In this document: positions 61,422 through 64,000 of the stretch, piece by piece
Numbering within the stretch: position 1 is the first letter of the stretch
Layout: the number at the start of each line of letters is the position of its first letter
From: Mobula hypostoma
Lineage: Eukaryota
Direction: 5' to 3'
Assembly: GCF_963921235.1 (NCBI RefSeq)
Contig: NC_086108.1
Location: forward strand, 53,632,001-53,696,000
Length of the DNA stretch: 64,000 bases
Program-made: the position numbers and the translations under genes
The notes under the pieces: generated by a model
The model's input: only the letters and a program-made list of their open reading frames with translations
The model's database searches: none
Told to the model about the DNA's origin: nothing

Positions 61422-62331
61422 ACACACACACAAAATGCTGGTGAACGCAGCAGGCCAGGCAGCATCTATAGGAAGAGGTACAGTCGATGTTTCGAGCCAA
61501 GACCCTTTGTCAGGACTAACTGAAAGAAGAGATAGGAGATTTGAAAGTGGGAGGGGGAGATCCGAAATGATAGGTGAAGATGGGAGGGGGGTGCGGAGAA
61601 TGGAGCTAAGAGCTGGAAAGTTGATTGGCAAAAGGGATACGAGGCTGGAGAAGGGAGAGGATCATGGGACGGGAGAACGAGGGAGAAAGAAAGTGGGGGG
61701 GAAGCCCAGCGGAATATATAGTGAGAGGGGCAGAGGGAGAAAAAGAGACAGAGAGAAAATATTAATAATAATAATAAATAAATAACGGATGGGGTACGAA
61801 GGGGAGGTGGGGCATTAACAAAAGTTAGAGAAGTCAGTGTTCATGCCACCAGGTTGGAGGCTACCCAGACAGAATACAAGGTGTTGTTCCTCCAACCTGA
61901 GTGTGACTTCATCTTTACAGTAGAGGAGACCGTATTTATTTATTATTATTAAATTTTTTCTCTCTCTCCCCTTTTGCTCCCTCTGTCCCCCTCACTATAC
62001 TCCTTGCCCATCCTCTGGGCTTCCCCCCTCCCCCTTTCTTTCTCCCTAGGCCTCCTGTCCCATGATCCTCTCATATCCCTTTTGCCAATCAACTGTCCAG
62101 CTCTTGGCTCCATCCCTCCTCCTCCTGTCTTCTATCATTTTAGATCTCCCCCTCCCCCTCCCCTTTTCAAATCTCTTACTAGCTCCTCTTTCAGTTAGTC
62201 CTGACGAAGGGTCTCAGCCTGAAACGTCGACTGTACCTCTTCCTAGAGATGCTGCCTGGCCTGCTGCATTCACCAGCATTTTTTGTGTGTGTTGTTTGAA
62301 ATTCCAGCATCTGCAGAGTTCCTCGTGTTTG
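61422..62331. mobile_element. Inverted (palindromic) Penelope-like element insertion
   Basis: Minus-orientation PLE end 61422-~61931 joined to plus-orientation end ~61932-62331; 17-bp TSD CAATATCCTTACA(G/A)GCA at 61405-61421 and 62332-62348. Confidence 0.9.
62197..62232 (+). ncRNA. Minimal type I hammerhead ribozyme motif (PLE-type), intact
   Basis: AGTC-CTGACGA-AGG(GTCTCAG)CCT-GAAA-CG-TC-GACT: stem I AGTC/GACT, stem II AGG/CCT, conserved core, GUC cleavage triplet ending at 62228. Confidence 0.75.
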
Positions 62332-63787
62332 CAATATCCTTACAAGCAGGTTTGCTAGAGATGGTAGGGAGGGTTTAAACTAATTGGGCAGGGGTATTAG
62401 GACAGGAGTGACAGGGCTGAGGAGGAGGCTTTTGGTATACAACTAGGTGCTGTGTGTAGTGAGACTGTGAGGAAGGACAGGCAGATGATAGGGCAATATT
62501 GCAGTCAGTGGGATGAGTTAGTGTAACAGGGGACCAAAATCAGAAAGGGTGTTGAATAAAGACTGAAAGTGTTAAATTTGAAGGCATGCAGTATATGGAA
62601 TAAGGTAGATGATCTGGAAGTGCACTTAGAAATTGACAAGTATGGTGTTATGGCCATCACTGAGTTGTAGCTCAAAGACCATAGTTGTGAGCTTAACTTC
62701 CAAGGATACACCTTGTATTGAAAGGACAGCTGGTAGGCCGAGGAGGTGGGGTGGCCATGTTGGCAAAAAATGAAATCGAACTCTTAGAAAGAGGTGACAG
62801 AGGATTGGAAGGTGTAGAATCCTTGTGAGTAATGTTATGAACCTGCAAGTTGATAAACCGTGATGAGAATTATATACAGGCCTCCGAACAGTAGCCAGGA
62901 TGCGGTATATAAATCACAATGGGACATAGAAAATACATTTAAAAAGGGTAATGTTACAATAGCCATGGGGGATTTCAATATGCAGGTAGATTAGGGAAAT
63001 CATGTTAGTGCTGCATCCCTGTAGAGGGAATTTGTATAATGATACTGAAAGTTTTTTCAGATATATAAAGTGTAAAAGAGAGGCAAGAGTGTATATCAGA
63101 CTGCTAGAAAATGACACTGGAGAGGTAGTAATGAGGGACAATGAAATGGTGGGTGACCTTAATAAGTATTTTGCGTCGGTTTTCATTGTGGATGACACTA
63201 GCAGAATGCCAGAAGACCTGAGTGTTAAGGGCCAGAAGTGAGTGTAGTTGCTATTACTAAGGAAAAGGTGCTGGTGATGCCGAAAGGTCTGATGGTAGAT
63301 GTTGCCTGGACTAGATGAACTGCGCCCCAGCGTTCTGAAAGAGGTAGCTGAGAAGATTGTGGAGGCATTAGTAATCATCTTTCGAGAATCACTAGAATCA
63401 CTCCACTGTTTAAGAAGGGAGGGAGGCCAGTTAGCCTGACTTCAATGATTGAGAATGTGTCAGAGTCCACTATTAAGGATGAGGTCGGGGTACTTGGAGG
63501 CACCTGATAAAGTAGGCCAAAGTCAGCATGGTTTCTTTAAGGGGAGCTCTTGCCTGAAAAATATTAGAATTGTTTGATGAAGTAACAGGCAGGATGGACA
63601 AAGGACAGTCAGTAGATGTTGTTTGCTTGGATTTTCAGAAGGCCTTCGACAAGGTGCCACACATGAGGCTGCTTAAAAAGGTAAGAGGTTATGATATTAG
63701 AGGAAAGATACCATCACGGATAGAAGATTAGCTGATTGGCAAGCTGCAAAGAGTGGGAATAAAGGGGCCCTTTTCTGGATGGCTGCC

Positions 63788-64000
63788 TGATTTTTGAATT
63801 TTCTCTCTGTTTATAAAATAGTGAATGCATAAATTCCTTCTACCAAGGTACATGGCCATACACTTCTCTACACTATATTCCAACTGTCACCTCTTTGCCG
63901 ATTCTCCCAATCTGTCGAACTCCTTCTGTAGACTCACTGCTTTCCCAAAATACCTGCACATCCACATATCTTTGTATTATTTGCAAACTTGGCCTCAAAG
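63788..64000 (-). mobile_element. CR1 RT segment in inverted orientation (runs off window)
   Basis: Minus strand reads AKFANNTKICG..LQKEFDRLGESAKR*QLEYSVEKC. Confidence 0.8.

Larger units (their letters stand above)
60030..63787 (+). mobile_element. Degraded CR1 LINE retaining ORF1 (zinc finger/coiled coil, SGNH esterase) and partial ORF2 (APE, RT)
   Basis: VECSSC..DYICKKC, QLLTDKVRELELE (~60140-60270); IVISGLLPVP..NEWL..NGLHLN (61182-61400); APE remnants 62560-63000; RT to CLDFQKAFDKVPH; nested CR1 fragment (minus, ~60372-60725) and PLE. Confidence 0.88.

Overview
This is eukaryotic (vertebrate) genomic DNA, not prokaryotic. The repeat content (CR1/HER1-type LINEs, V-SINE/HE1-type and Deu-domain SINEs, abundant Penelope-like elements, Rex1, Tx1, Gypsy, hAT, Harbinger, Tigger) fits a cartilaginous fish, probably a ray; this is inference. 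The only host-gene signal I can support is a CpG-rich promoter region (~9.4-10.0 kb) with a probable first coding exon (9919-10024) encoding a signal-peptide-like 35-mer followed by a phase-1 GT donor. I found no convincing downstream exon, so the remaining ~54 kb is probably intron 1. The rest is mostly decayed, often nested transposable elements plus two minisatellite arrays (38-bp unit, ~4.5 kb, with a 1608-bp higher-order duplication; 43-bp unit, ~0.5 kb). The most notable non-obvious signal is a set of minimal hammerhead-ribozyme motifs in the Penelope-like element ends (best copy 62197-62232). These include a 169-bp hairpin mini-element and a ~0.9-kb inverted element, both with long target-site duplications (TSDs). 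PLE hammerheads are a known class, and I see no well-supported wholly new system here. Nearly all short ORFs in the track are TE remnants or noise. All family assignments come from motif recognition by eye, without database searches.
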